Origin: Nostoc sp.
Lineage (GTDB): Bacteria; Cyanobacteriota; Cyanobacteriia; Cyanobacteriales; Nostocaceae
Length of the DNA: 64,000 nucleotides
Direction of reading: 5' to 3'
Assembly: GCF_035638895.1 (NCBI RefSeq)
Contig: NZ_DASQZC010000559.1
Span: forward strand, 2,302 to 66,301
Shown: in pieces, positions 9,868 to 18,410 of the stretch
Layout of the letters: each line of letters opens with the position of its first letter
Position numbering within the stretch: the stretch's first letter is position 1
Notes under the pieces: model-generated
What the model was told of the DNA's origin: nothing
The model's input: only the letters and a program-made list of their open reading frames with translations
The model's database searches: none
Made by a program: the position numbers and the translations under genes

Positions 9868-10698
9868 TTATAATTTAACGCTCAAGGCTTCCCGATTCAA
9901 AACCTGATTTAACTTACCGCTACGATAACCTTCTAAATCCAGGGTTACGTAAAGAAATCCGAAATCTTGAAATGCAGAAACTATTTTCTGTAAATCCGTA
10001 GTTAACACAAACTCTTTAATTTGTTCTGGTGGTAATTCAATGCGGGCTGTATCTCCTTCCGATCGCACGCGCAAATTCTGCCAACCTAGCTTTCTTAAGA
10101 AAATTTCTCCTCTACCAACTCGTTGTAACTTAGCTACAGTAATCTCTTCACCATAAGGAAACCGTGAACTGAGGCAAGGTTGAGCGGGTTTATCCCACCA
10201 AGGTAAACCAAGTTGTTGCGAAAGTTGTCTAACTTCAACCTTGGTGACACCAACTTCTGCTAAAGGCGATCGCGCACCTCTTTCTTTCGCCGCCTGAATT
10301 CCTGGGCGATAATCATGCAAATCATCGGAATTTACCCCATCTACTACGTAGGGATAACCTAACTCTAAAGCTAAAGGTTTAAGAGTGTCGTGTAATTCAC
10401 TTTTGCAAAAATAACAACGGTTAACCGGGTTAGAGGTGTAATTGGGATTTTCCATCTCGTGAGTCTGGACGATTTTATGCCCAATCCCAATAGTTGCGGC
10501 TTGAATTTTGGCATCTTCCAACTCTTCTGGTAACAGCGAAGGAGAAACAGCTGTTACAGCCAAAGCGCGATCGCCCAATGCATCATAAGCAATTTTGGCA
10601 ACCAAAGTACTATCAACGCCCCCAGAGTAGGCAATCAACGCCTGCTCCATTTCTTGAAATAAGGCTTTTAATTGCTCAAATTTTTCTGTCAGCATCAT
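9868..10698 (-). CDS. PP-loop ATP-utilising enzyme, LarE-like sulfur transferase family
   Basis: 276 aa with the PP-loop SGGVDS and the conserved Cys context QPCLSSRFPYG. Confidence 0.75.
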   Translation of the reverse strand: MMLTEKFEQLKALFQEMEQALIAYSGGVDSTLVAKIAYDALGDRALAVTAVSPSLLPEELEDAKIQAATIGIGHKIVQTHEMENPNYTSNPVNRCYFCKSELHDTLKPLALELGYPYVVDGVNSDDLHDYRPGIQAAKERGARSPLAEVGVTKVEVRQLSQQLGLPWWDKPAQPCLSSRFPYGEEITVAKLQRVGRGEIFLRKLGWQNLRVRSEGDTARIELPPEQIKEFVLTTDLQKIVSAFQDFGFLYVTLDLEGYRSGKLNQVLNREALSVKL

Positions 10699-10764
10699 TT
10701 ACCAATCCTGCCCAAACCCTATAGCACCCAACAGCTTCTATTGTAGTCATTTCCCTCTGTTCCC

Positions 10765-12651
10765 CTACTCCCCTAATTCCCCTGTTGTTGGCGGTTTGCT
10801 GTATTTAGCTATCAGACTGGCTAAAAGTGGTAAATCAATTGGTTTAGAAATATAGTCATTTACTCCAGCTGCTAGACAAGTTTCGCGATCGCCTTTCATT
10901 GCCATTGCTGTTTGAACAATTACCGGAATCGTCTGATATTGCCGATTTTCTCGCAGCTGCTGTACCAACTTTAGACCATTTCCATCTGCCAGATGAACAT
11001 CCATCAAAATTAACACTGGGTCTAACTGTGGTAAAATTTCCCACATCTCGGCAGCATTCTTAACCCAAGTCACCTGATATCCCAATTTACATAGATAAAT
11101 TTGTATCAAATGAGCGTTGGGTAAGTCATTTTCTACCAGCAAGATATCTACAGAAGAACTAGGGGTGAAAGCCAAATGAGGTAAAGAGGATTTTTCTTCC
11201 CCTGCTCCCTCTGCTCCCCCTGCTCCCCCTGCACCCTCATCTCCCTCATCTCCCTCATCTCCCCCCACTCCCGGCTCTTGCCTAAAGGGAAGTACAAGGG
11301 TAAAACGGGAACCGCAATTTACTTCAGATTCCACTTTCACAGAACCACCGTGAATTTGGGCGAGTTTTTGAGTCACTGCTAAACCCAAACCAGTACCTTC
11401 ACCACCAGCGACAGCCTTGGCAATTTGGAAATAGGGTTCAAACAGTTGAGCTTGGTCTTCTTGGGAAATGCCAGTGCCAGTATCCCAAACTGTAAAATAC
11501 ACAAATAGACCTTTGGGAACAACCTCTAAGCCAACACTTCCTTGGCTGGTGAATTTTAGGGCATTGAAGAGTAAATTCAACAGCATTTGCTTGAGTCGCA
11601 AGGAGTCAGCTACTAGGGTTGTGATATCGGGGTCAACTCTTAAACGGAGTTGCAAACCCTTACTAGCGGCTTTCTCTTTCACCAGTGCGAAAACATTGTT
11701 ACATAGCATTGGCACATCAATTGTTTCCCACTGCACCTCCATCTGATTTGCTTCAATTTTAGAGAGATCCAAAATATCATTAATCAAAGCTAGCAAGTGC
11801 TTACCGCTAGACCGAATGATATTTAAATACTCTTGCTGGCGTTCTTGAGTTGGTTCAAATCCTGGGGTTAAAAGGAAGTCGGTGAACCCAATAATAGAAC
11901 TAAGGGGTGTGCGAATTTCGTGGCTAGTGTTTGCCAAAAACTGATTTTTGAGTTGATTGGTGCGCTCCAATTCTTGATTAGAGTTATTTAACTCTTGATG
12001 CCGTTGCTGCCAAGATAGAATGTGTCTAAGTTGTACCAAGGCTGTTGTACAATGCTTGGCAGACCTTGCCATCAATTGAGATATGAGTTGAGCAAGTGAT
12101 TTTATAAGCGAATCACGAGCAGAGTTTAGGGGTGCGGTGGCGAGAATTAGCCAACCCATGACGTTGCCAGAATCATCAGCTAACCGCCAAGCGCTCGGTG
12201 GTTGTTGATTTTCAAGCTGCTGCAAATCTTCGAGTTCTATAACCTCTTGCAATCTTAACAGCAGCTTTTTTTCTGCTGTCAGCAATTCTAGAAATAAAGG
12301 TTGTGAGTTCGGGGATAGAGAAGATGAAACATAGCAAACTCTGGCAACAGTTGCTTGTGGTTCAAACAAAGCTATGCCTACGGCACAATCTGTAACCGCC
12401 AAATTGCTGTTGTTCACAGCACTGTTAATCTCGTTGACAACAGTTTGAAGAATTTTTGTTTCTGCGGCTCCTGCCTGTGGGACAGTGTTACAAGCAGAAA
12501 GCAGGCAATCATCAAGGCGACTTTGCAACTGGTTCAAGCTGCTCTCCAGCCACAACCTGGCGCGAAGTTGCTGAATTGTTGTCAAAGGTTTTGGCCTTAC
12601 ATCTATCTGTGAGTTATGGTCTGGTAAGCTTGAGTACTGCTGCATGGTCAA
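10765..12651 (-). CDS. hybrid sensor histidine kinase / response regulator
   Basis: 628 aa with H-box SHEIRTPL, G2 box GTGLGLA and a C-terminal receiver domain (LLVENDL...MDVHLADGNG...SKP). The linker GDEGDEGDEGAGGAGGAEGAGEE is encoded by a 9-nt periodic repeat. Confidence 0.9.
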   Translation of the reverse strand: MTMQQYSSLPDHNSQIDVRPKPLTTIQQLRARLWLESSLNQLQSRLDDCLLSACNTVPQAGAAETKILQTVVNEINSAVNNSNLAVTDCAVGIALFEPQATVARVCYVSSSLSPNSQPLFLELLTAEKKLLLRLQEVIELEDLQQLENQQPPSAWRLADDSGNVMGWLILATAPLNSARDSLIKSLAQLISQLMARSAKHCTTALVQLRHILSWQQRHQELNNSNQELERTNQLKNQFLANTSHEIRTPLSSIIGFTDFLLTPGFEPTQERQQEYLNIIRSSGKHLLALINDILDLSKIEANQMEVQWETIDVPMLCNNVFALVKEKAASKGLQLRLRVDPDITTLVADSLRLKQMLLNLLFNALKFTSQGSVGLEVVPKGLFVYFTVWDTGTGISQEDQAQLFEPYFQIAKAVAGGEGTGLGLAVTQKLAQIHGGSVKVESEVNCGSRFTLVLPFRQEPGVGGDEGDEGDEGAGGAGGAEGAGEEKSSLPHLAFTPSSSVDILLVENDLPNAHLIQIYLCKLGYQVTWVKNAAEMWEILPQLDPVLILMDVHLADGNGLKLVQQLRENRQYQTIPVIVQTAMAMKGDRETCLAAGVNDYISKPIDLPLLASLIAKYSKPPTTGELGE

Positions 12652-12851
12652 CTAGACCGTTGAAATAGTTTAGCTTCGCATAAGAATCCGAAGAGGATTC
12701 TATGTATATTAACTGACAATTCTTTTTTATTTATAAACCATAACTATATGTTGTTATAAACCATAACTTATGATGTTAAATTTAGCATCTCTTCTAAAAA
12801 AATTATTATACGAACCACTGACGTAAATTTTTTTAAAGCAACGTAAGGCTT

Positions 12852-13718
12852 ATGGATACACAATTCGCCCAATTAATCGTTAATGGAATTGCGGTGGGGA
12901 GCATTATTGCTCTAGCAGCAGTCGGACTCACTCTTACCTACGGAATTTTACGGCTATCTAACTTTGCTCATGGTGATTTTCTCACTCTTGGAGCCTATCT
13001 GACTTGGCTGATAAACACTATTGGAGTCAATATTTGGCTGTCGATGATCCTGGCGGCGGTGGGAACAGTAGCAGCAATGCTGTTATCAGAAAAGTTACTG
13101 TGGTCAAAGATGCGCTCTATCCGTGCTACTTCTACTACGCTGATTATTATTTCTATCGGACTTGCCTTATTTCTTCGCAACGGTATTATTTTTATCTGGG
13201 GTGGCAAGAACCAAAATTATAATTTACCTGTTACGCCAGCTTTAGACATCGCGGGTTTAAAGGTGCCGCAAAATCAATTATTGGTATTGGGTTTGGCGGT
13301 GTTAGCAATTTTGGCACTGCATTATCTGCTGCAAAATACCAAAATTGGTAAAGCGATGCGAGCAGTTGCCGACGATCTGGACTTAGCCAGAGTTTCAGGT
13401 ATCAATGTTGACCGAGTAATTTTATGGACTTGGGTAATTGCTGGTAGTCTTACATCCTTGGGCGGCAGTATGTATGGGCTGATTACAGCCGTGCGCCCCA
13501 ATATGGGATGGTTTTTAATTTTACCATTATTTGCTTCAGTAATTCTTGGTGGGATTGGCAACCCTTACGGTGCGATCGCAGCAGCTTTTATCATTGGCAT
13601 CGTCCAAGAAATCAGCACTCCTTGGCTGGGTTCACAGTACAAACAAGGTGTAGCGCTGTTAATCATGATTTTGGTGCTGCTCATTCGTCCCAAAGGTTTA
13701 TTCAAAGGAACGATTTGA
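12852..13718 (+). CDS. branched-chain/neutral amino-acid ABC transporter permease (LivH/NatD-like)
   Basis: 288 aa, polytopic, with a LivH-type sequence (...NFAHGDF...GGIGNPYGA...). Confidence 0.88.
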   Translation: MDTQFAQLIVNGIAVGSIIALAAVGLTLTYGILRLSNFAHGDFLTLGAYLTWLINTIGVNIWLSMILAAVGTVAAMLLSEKLLWSKMRSIRATSTTLIIISIGLALFLRNGIIFIWGGKNQNYNLPVTPALDIAGLKVPQNQLLVLGLAVLAILALHYLLQNTKIGKAMRAVADDLDLARVSGINVDRVILWTWVIAGSLTSLGGSMYGLITAVRPNMGWFLILPLFASVILGGIGNPYGAIAAAFIIGIVQEISTPWLGSQYKQGVALLIMILVLLIRPKGLFKGTI

Positions 13719-13739
13719 GCAGCACCACTCCACTTCTAA

Positions 13740-13880
13740 CTACTCAATAATGTGGAAATAGAAGGCTGCTACCACAAAATTAATAGCTAACAAGAACAGT
13801 GCCCAGCCTGTGCGAAAGGCGTAGGGAGGTTTAGCTCCACTGTCGGCAACTGGTAAATTCTTCGTCGTTTTTGCAGTCAT
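13740..13880 (-). CDS. psaX: photosystem I subunit PsaX (small ORF absent from the ORF track)
   Basis: My own translation is MTAKTTKNLPVADSGAKPPYAFRTGWALFLLAINFVVAAFYFHIIE, 46 aa. The AKP-Y-FRT-WA-LLLA-NF-VAA-YF pattern matches PsaX as I recall it. An AGGAG Shine-Dalgarno sequence lies about 11 nt upstream of the ATG. Confidence 0.85.
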   Translation of the reverse strand: MTAKTTKNLPVADSGAKPPYAFRTGWALFLLAINFVVAAFYFHIIE

Positions 13881-13969
13881 AATGCGATTCTCCTAATGTC
13901 ATGACTTTTTAAGAAATACCAAACTGGTGTACCAAATATTCAAATTCTTTAAGAATATTTGTGTGAAGT

Positions 13970-14110
13970 TGGAAATTGGGGAGTGGAGAATAGGGAATGG
14001 GGAATGGGAACTGGGTATTGGGCAATTGGTTATTTCTTCCCCTGCTCCCCCTGTCTCCCCTGCTCCCTCATCCCCCGACTCCCGACTCCCCACTCCCCAC
14101 TCCCTCCTCT
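13970..14110. repeat. Opposed STRR arrays between lipA and psaX
   Basis: A G-rich heptamer array (GGGGAGT/GGGAATG...) at about 13970-14030 is followed by a C-rich array (CCCGACT, CCCCACT, CCCTGCT) at about 14038-14110. The latter overlaps the lipA 3' end. Confidence 0.85.
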
Positions 14111-15009
14111 CCAGCATGATAGGAACTGCGAACCAGAGGCCCAGAACGAACATGATTGAATCCCATTTCCCATGCTAATCTGCCTAGTTGATCAAATTCC
14201 TCTGGAGTCCAATATTTTTGGACTGGCAGATGTTCAAGAGTTGGACGCATATACTGCCCGATAGTCAAGCGATCGCACCCCACAGCCCTTAGATCAGCCA
14301 TTGTTTCAACGACTTCATCAAGTGTTTCTCCGTGTCCCAGCATCAAACCTGATTTGGTGGGAATTGTCGGATCGATTTCTTTGACCATAGCTAGTACCGA
14401 AAGGGAGCGATCATATTTGGCTCCCCGGCGCACTGGCCCAGTTAACCGTTTTACTGTCTCGATATTGTGATTGAAACAAGCTGGTTTGGCCTTTACAATC
14501 ATGGCTATTCGCTGGCGTTGACCTGATTCCCCAACACTAGCACCACCCCAAAAATCAGGGGTCAGCACTTCGATTTGAGTCTCTGGGTTCAATTGGCGGA
14601 TAGTCGCGATCGTTTCTACAAAGTGCCCTGCACCTTGATCGGGCAAGTCATCACGGGCTACAGAAGTCAGCACCACATAACGCAATCCCAAAAGCTGCAC
14701 CGCCTGTGCTACCTTTTGGGGTTCCTCTAAATCAAGAGGCATGGGTGCATGACCTTTATCTACTTGACAGAAAGCACAAGAGCGTGTGCAAGTAGGCCCC
14801 ATTAGTAAGAAAGTTGCAGTTTTTTGGGCATAACACTCCCCCCGGTTGGGACAGCGCCCTTCTTCGCAAATCGTGTGAATTTGGCGCTGCTTAATAATGC
14901 GTTGTACGGTAGAGATTTCACTGGCTTTGCCAATAGGACGACGTAACCAGCTAGGCATTGCCGTAATTTCAGACTTTAGTTCGGCTCGTTGTGACGAAAT
15001 CATAGACAT
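14068..15009 (-). CDS. lipA: lipoyl synthase
   Basis: 313 aa with the radical-SAM motif CTRSCAFC and the N-terminal cluster [12 protein letters not shown]. The C-terminal tail [14 protein letters not shown] is read from the STRR array. Confidence 0.95.
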   Translation of the reverse strand: MSMISSQRAELKSEITAMPSWLRRPIGKASEISTVQRIIKQRQIHTICEEGRCPNRGECYAQKTATFLLMGPTCTRSCAFCQVDKGHAPMPLDLEEPQKVAQAVQLLGLRYVVLTSVARDDLPDQGAGHFVETIATIRQLNPETQIEVLTPDFWGGASVGESGQRQRIAMIVKAKPACFNHNIETVKRLTGPVRRGAKYDRSLSVLAMVKEIDPTIPTKSGLMLGHGETLDEVVETMADLRAVGCDRLTIGQYMRPTLEHLPVQKYWTPEEFDQLGRLAWEMGFNHVRSGPLVRSSYHAGEEGVGSGESGVGG

Positions 15010-15189
15010 CTAAGCAAGATACGGATATAAAGTAACGGTCTGTTAATTAACAATAGATAAGAATAGACGTGGGGATGCTCTTAATGAAGTCCCCATGTCT
15101 CAGTACCAGCATGTCTTTTATGCCCTAGAACAGAGCTAGAGCCTTAAATATCACCATGACACAAATTGAAAATAGCATAAGCAAAAGTT

Positions 15190-16017
15190 TTGCAAAACAC
15201 CTGTAGCAATGTCATTTATACCGAAATATACTATCCCCCAATTGCTAAAAATTTTGTATATAGTGGGGGAATTCTCAATGACAATCGGCAAAGCCGCTAT
15301 TTACACTTAAAGTTTCTGTTAGAGCAAACAGCCGTGGCAAGCAACAAGATTTTAGTTATCGATGACACTACAGTTGTCAGGGTAAAGGTACGAGAAATGT
15401 TGCCTCCGGGCAATTTTGAGGTACTGGAAGCAAAAGATGGTTTGGAAGGACTAAATTTCATTCTTCAGGAAAAACTCAGCCTGATTATGCTGGATTTCCT
15501 GTTGCCTAAAATGAGTGGCTGGGAGGTTTTCCAGAAAGTTCAAGCCGATCCTGAATTAAGGAAAATTCCTTTGGTAATCATGTCTGGTCGCAAGGAAGAG
15601 GTGACTGAAAAAATTACAGAACCCTTTGAATACTTTGAATTTCTGGGTAAGCCTTTTGATCAGAAGCAACTAATTAACGCAATTAAGTTAGCTATGACCA
15701 AGGCGAAACAGCCACGCCCAGAACTAGTGCCAGTAGGAGCAGTTACTGTCAAAAAAGGTACAGTCGCAACTTCTGGTGTAACTACTGCTACAGTAGCAGC
15801 CCCTAGTGCTGTAACTACTGCTACAGTAGCAGCTCCTAGTGCTGTAAATACTGCGATGCCTACGGCGGCAAGCAACGCAACCCCTACTGCCGGAGGAGCC
15901 TCCAACGCAGAAATTAGTGCATTGAATGAGAAAATTGTCAAAATGCAAGCTGAAATCGATGGCTTGAAGAAACAGCTTACTCAGGTTGTGACCTTTATTA
16001 AACAAAAAATTAAGTAG
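15190..16017 (+). CDS. CheY-like single-domain response regulator with repeat-containing and coiled-coil C-terminus
   Basis: Receiver domain (KILVIDDTTV...MLDFLLPKMSG...GKPF). A 33-nt tandem duplication encodes VTTATVAAPSA twice. The ORF-track start is TTG; the in-frame GTG at 15334 (VASNKILVIDD) is a more plausible start. Confidence 0.8.
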   Translation: MQNTCSNVIYTEIYYPPIAKNFVYSGGILNDNRQSRYLHLKFLLEQTAVASNKILVIDDTTVVRVKVREMLPPGNFEVLEAKDGLEGLNFILQEKLSLIMLDFLLPKMSGWEVFQKVQADPELRKIPLVIMSGRKEEVTEKITEPFEYFEFLGKPFDQKQLINAIKLAMTKAKQPRPELVPVGAVTVKKGTVATSGVTTATVAAPSAVTTATVAAPSAVNTAMPTAASNATPTAGGASNAEISALNEKIVKMQAEIDGLKKQLTQVVTFIKQKIK

Positions 16018-16280
16018 CATTTGTACTCATTATTATTATCGCAGCTAAAAATACCCCGTTTATGATAACGGGTGTCCCATTAAAAGCGGGTAAAAATAGT
16101 TAGTTCAAAAATACTTATGTTGCGAAATCATCTTTGAAAACAAAATTCAAAAGCAGGAAAACATAACTAGCAATTATCTGCACTTCTATAAATTTTGAAT
16201 TTTGAATTCCCCGAACGCGAACAGCGTCTTCGCAAAAGAAGAGGTTGACAGTCTAGAAAAGCAGCCCAATACCCACAAAA

Positions 16281-16328
16281 CCTGCCGTAGTTTGCTCTTA
16301 ATCTAAGGAGAACGGCAGGCTTTTTTTT
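16281..16328 (+). terminator. Orphan intrinsic terminator in the 0.87-kb intergenic region
   Basis: CCTGCCGT (16281-16288) pairs with ACGGCAGG (16312-16319) and is followed by C plus T8. No annotated ORF ends near it. Confidence 0.7.
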
Positions 16329-16413
16329 ATTTGTAAGACTTACACCCTGTAAAAATGCATCGTGATGTGAATTAACGATTTTGAGGTTGTTTCAGGCTTT
16401 TCTAAATTATCCT

Positions 16414-16438
16414 GCGATGCCTACGGCGGTAAACTACG
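16414..16438. repeat. Dispersed about-28-bp repeat, copy 2
   Basis: GCGATGCCTACGGCGGTAAACTACG. Confidence 0.7.
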
Positions 16439-16894
16439 TAAATAAACCATGCTGTATGTAGGGTGTGTAGCTGATTATTTTTATAAAAAACATACTACTT
16501 GTATGAAACAACAAGAGTATTAATAACTCACTTGATAACAATCGCCTTCATTAAAAATATTGTTCAATAGCAAAATTGTTTTGAGTTGACACTACTTTTT
16601 TCAAAAGACAAGAGTAATAATAACTAATTTAAAGCCACTCGCCTTCATTAAACAGGATGTTCATCTGTAGTCAAAATGAAGATTGGCGCTTCATATTCAT
16701 ACTGTAGCGATCGCCCCCGCAGTCGTATAGAACAATTTAATGTGAGAATGTTGCTGTTGTCAGATTTTTTGGGAACTATAGGATTATTAGGCTAAAAATT
16801 TGTCAGTCAGTCCGCCAATAAAACAAAGGTGACTTAGCTGCGATCGCAGAGCCAATAGTGAATAAATAACAAGGAGTTAAATTCAGTTAAATAC

Positions 16895-18214
16895 ATGAAT
16901 TACAAGACAGATATAAAAACCCTTGATTTATCAGAAGATAGTTTAATTTTAGTGGTAGATGATACTACTACAAACTTAGAAATTGTCTTTAACATATTAA
17001 CTAATGTAGGTTTTAACGTTACTACAGAAAATAATGGAGAAAATGCAATCAAGCAAGTTGAATATAACCCCCCTGATTTAATTTTATTAGATGTAGTGAT
17101 GCCGGGTATAGATGGGTTTGAAACCTGCAAAAGACTGAAACAAAACTCAGCTACTTGTGATATTCCGGTAATTTTTATGACGGCGGATTCTGATACTGAC
17201 AGTAAAGTAAAAGGTCTAAATATAGGCGCAGTTGATTACATTACCAAGCCTTTTCATGAAGAAGAATTATTAGCTAGAATTAAAACCCATCTTCAATTAC
17301 GAAATCTCACAAAAAATTTAGAAAAACGAGTTACAGAAAGGACAGCAGCGTTGTCTAGGGCATTAAAAGACTTACAAGAGTCTCAACTTCAGCTTGTACA
17401 GACAGAAAAAATGTCTGCCCTTGGTGAATTAGTAGCAGGAGTTGCTCATGAAATTAATAATCCTGTTGGTTTTATTCATGGCAATCTCCAACATGCTTCA
17501 GCATATTTTCAAGACATGATTAATATCATTAACCTCTATCAGCAGCATTATCCTAATCCGGTTCCAGAAATTAAAGAGGAAATTGCAGCAATAGATTTGA
17601 AGTATATGCTTGCCGATCTACCTAATTTAATATCCTCAATGAAAGAGGGTGTTCAGCGCATTCGCGACATTAGTATCAGTCTGAGAAACTTTTCTCGAGC
17701 AGATAGCGATCGCAAAGTTTCTTGCAACATTCATGATGGCATTGACAGCACAATCATGATTCTCAAACATCGCTTAAAAGCATCTGAGGATCATCCCGAT
17801 ATTCAAGTAATTAGAGATTACGATAATTTGCCAGAAATAGAATGCTTTATCGGACAACTAAATCAGGTATTTATGAACTTATTAGCTAATGCTATTGATG
17901 CTTTAGAGGAGTCTAATGTAGGGCGCACCTATATTGAGATTGAAGCAAATCCCAATCAAGTATTGATTCAGACTAGCCTCACTGTAAACAAAAAACATAT
18001 TTTGATTCGGATTAAAGATAATGGCGTGGGAATGTCACCTGATGTCCAGCAAAAAATCTTTGATCATTTATTCACCACTAAACCTGTGGGTCAAGGCACA
18101 GGATTAGGATTATCAATTGCTCGTCAAATTGTTGTCGAGAAACATGGAGGAACTCTGGAAGTAAATTCAGCACCAGGACAAGGTTCAGAGTTCATCATTA
18201 AGCTTCCTATTTGA
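16895..18214 (+). CDS. response-regulator receiver / histidine kinase hybrid
   Basis: 439 aa with an N-terminal receiver (LVVDDTTTNL...LDVVMPGIDG...TKPF), H-box GVAHEINNP and ATP-lid GTGLGLS. The codon usage is visibly A+T-rich. Confidence 0.9.
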   Translation: MNYKTDIKTLDLSEDSLILVVDDTTTNLEIVFNILTNVGFNVTTENNGENAIKQVEYNPPDLILLDVVMPGIDGFETCKRLKQNSATCDIPVIFMTADSDTDSKVKGLNIGAVDYITKPFHEEELLARIKTHLQLRNLTKNLEKRVTERTAALSRALKDLQESQLQLVQTEKMSALGELVAGVAHEINNPVGFIHGNLQHASAYFQDMINIINLYQQHYPNPVPEIKEEIAAIDLKYMLADLPNLISSMKEGVQRIRDISISLRNFSRADSDRKVSCNIHDGIDSTIMILKHRLKASEDHPDIQVIRDYDNLPEIECFIGQLNQVFMNLLANAIDALEESNVGRTYIEIEANPNQVLIQTSLTVNKKHILIRIKDNGVGMSPDVQQKIFDHLFTTKPVGQGTGLGLSIARQIVVEKHGGTLEVNSAPGQGSEFIIKLPI

Positions 18215-18345
18215 AAATCATAGCAAAAATCATTCTCCATATAGATAAATTTACATGATTTATTAGTAATATTATTTACATATTAAGCCTGTTTTGCTTC
18301 TTAATTCTGCTGCAACTTAGAAATTTTATTTTGTGTTATTAAACA

Positions 18346-18384
18346 GAAACGCCTATTTGCTTATTACCAAATAGGCGTTTCTTT
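18346..18384. terminator. Bidirectional hairpin between convergent kinase and ndhB genes
   Basis: GAAACGCCTATTTG / CAAATAGGCGTTTC form a 14-bp perfect stem with T-rich flanks on both strands. Confidence 0.8.
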
Positions 18385-18410
18385 AAGTAAAAAGTTTGGT
18401 TGAGACTCGG

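Noticed and set aside
13899-14178. Three overlapping 66-84-aa ORFs (13899..14153 minus; 13927..14178 and 13959..14159 plus)
   Set aside because: They are translations of the opposed STRR heptamer arrays (GEWGMG/PLPTPHS-type low complexity) and overlap the real lipA 3' end.
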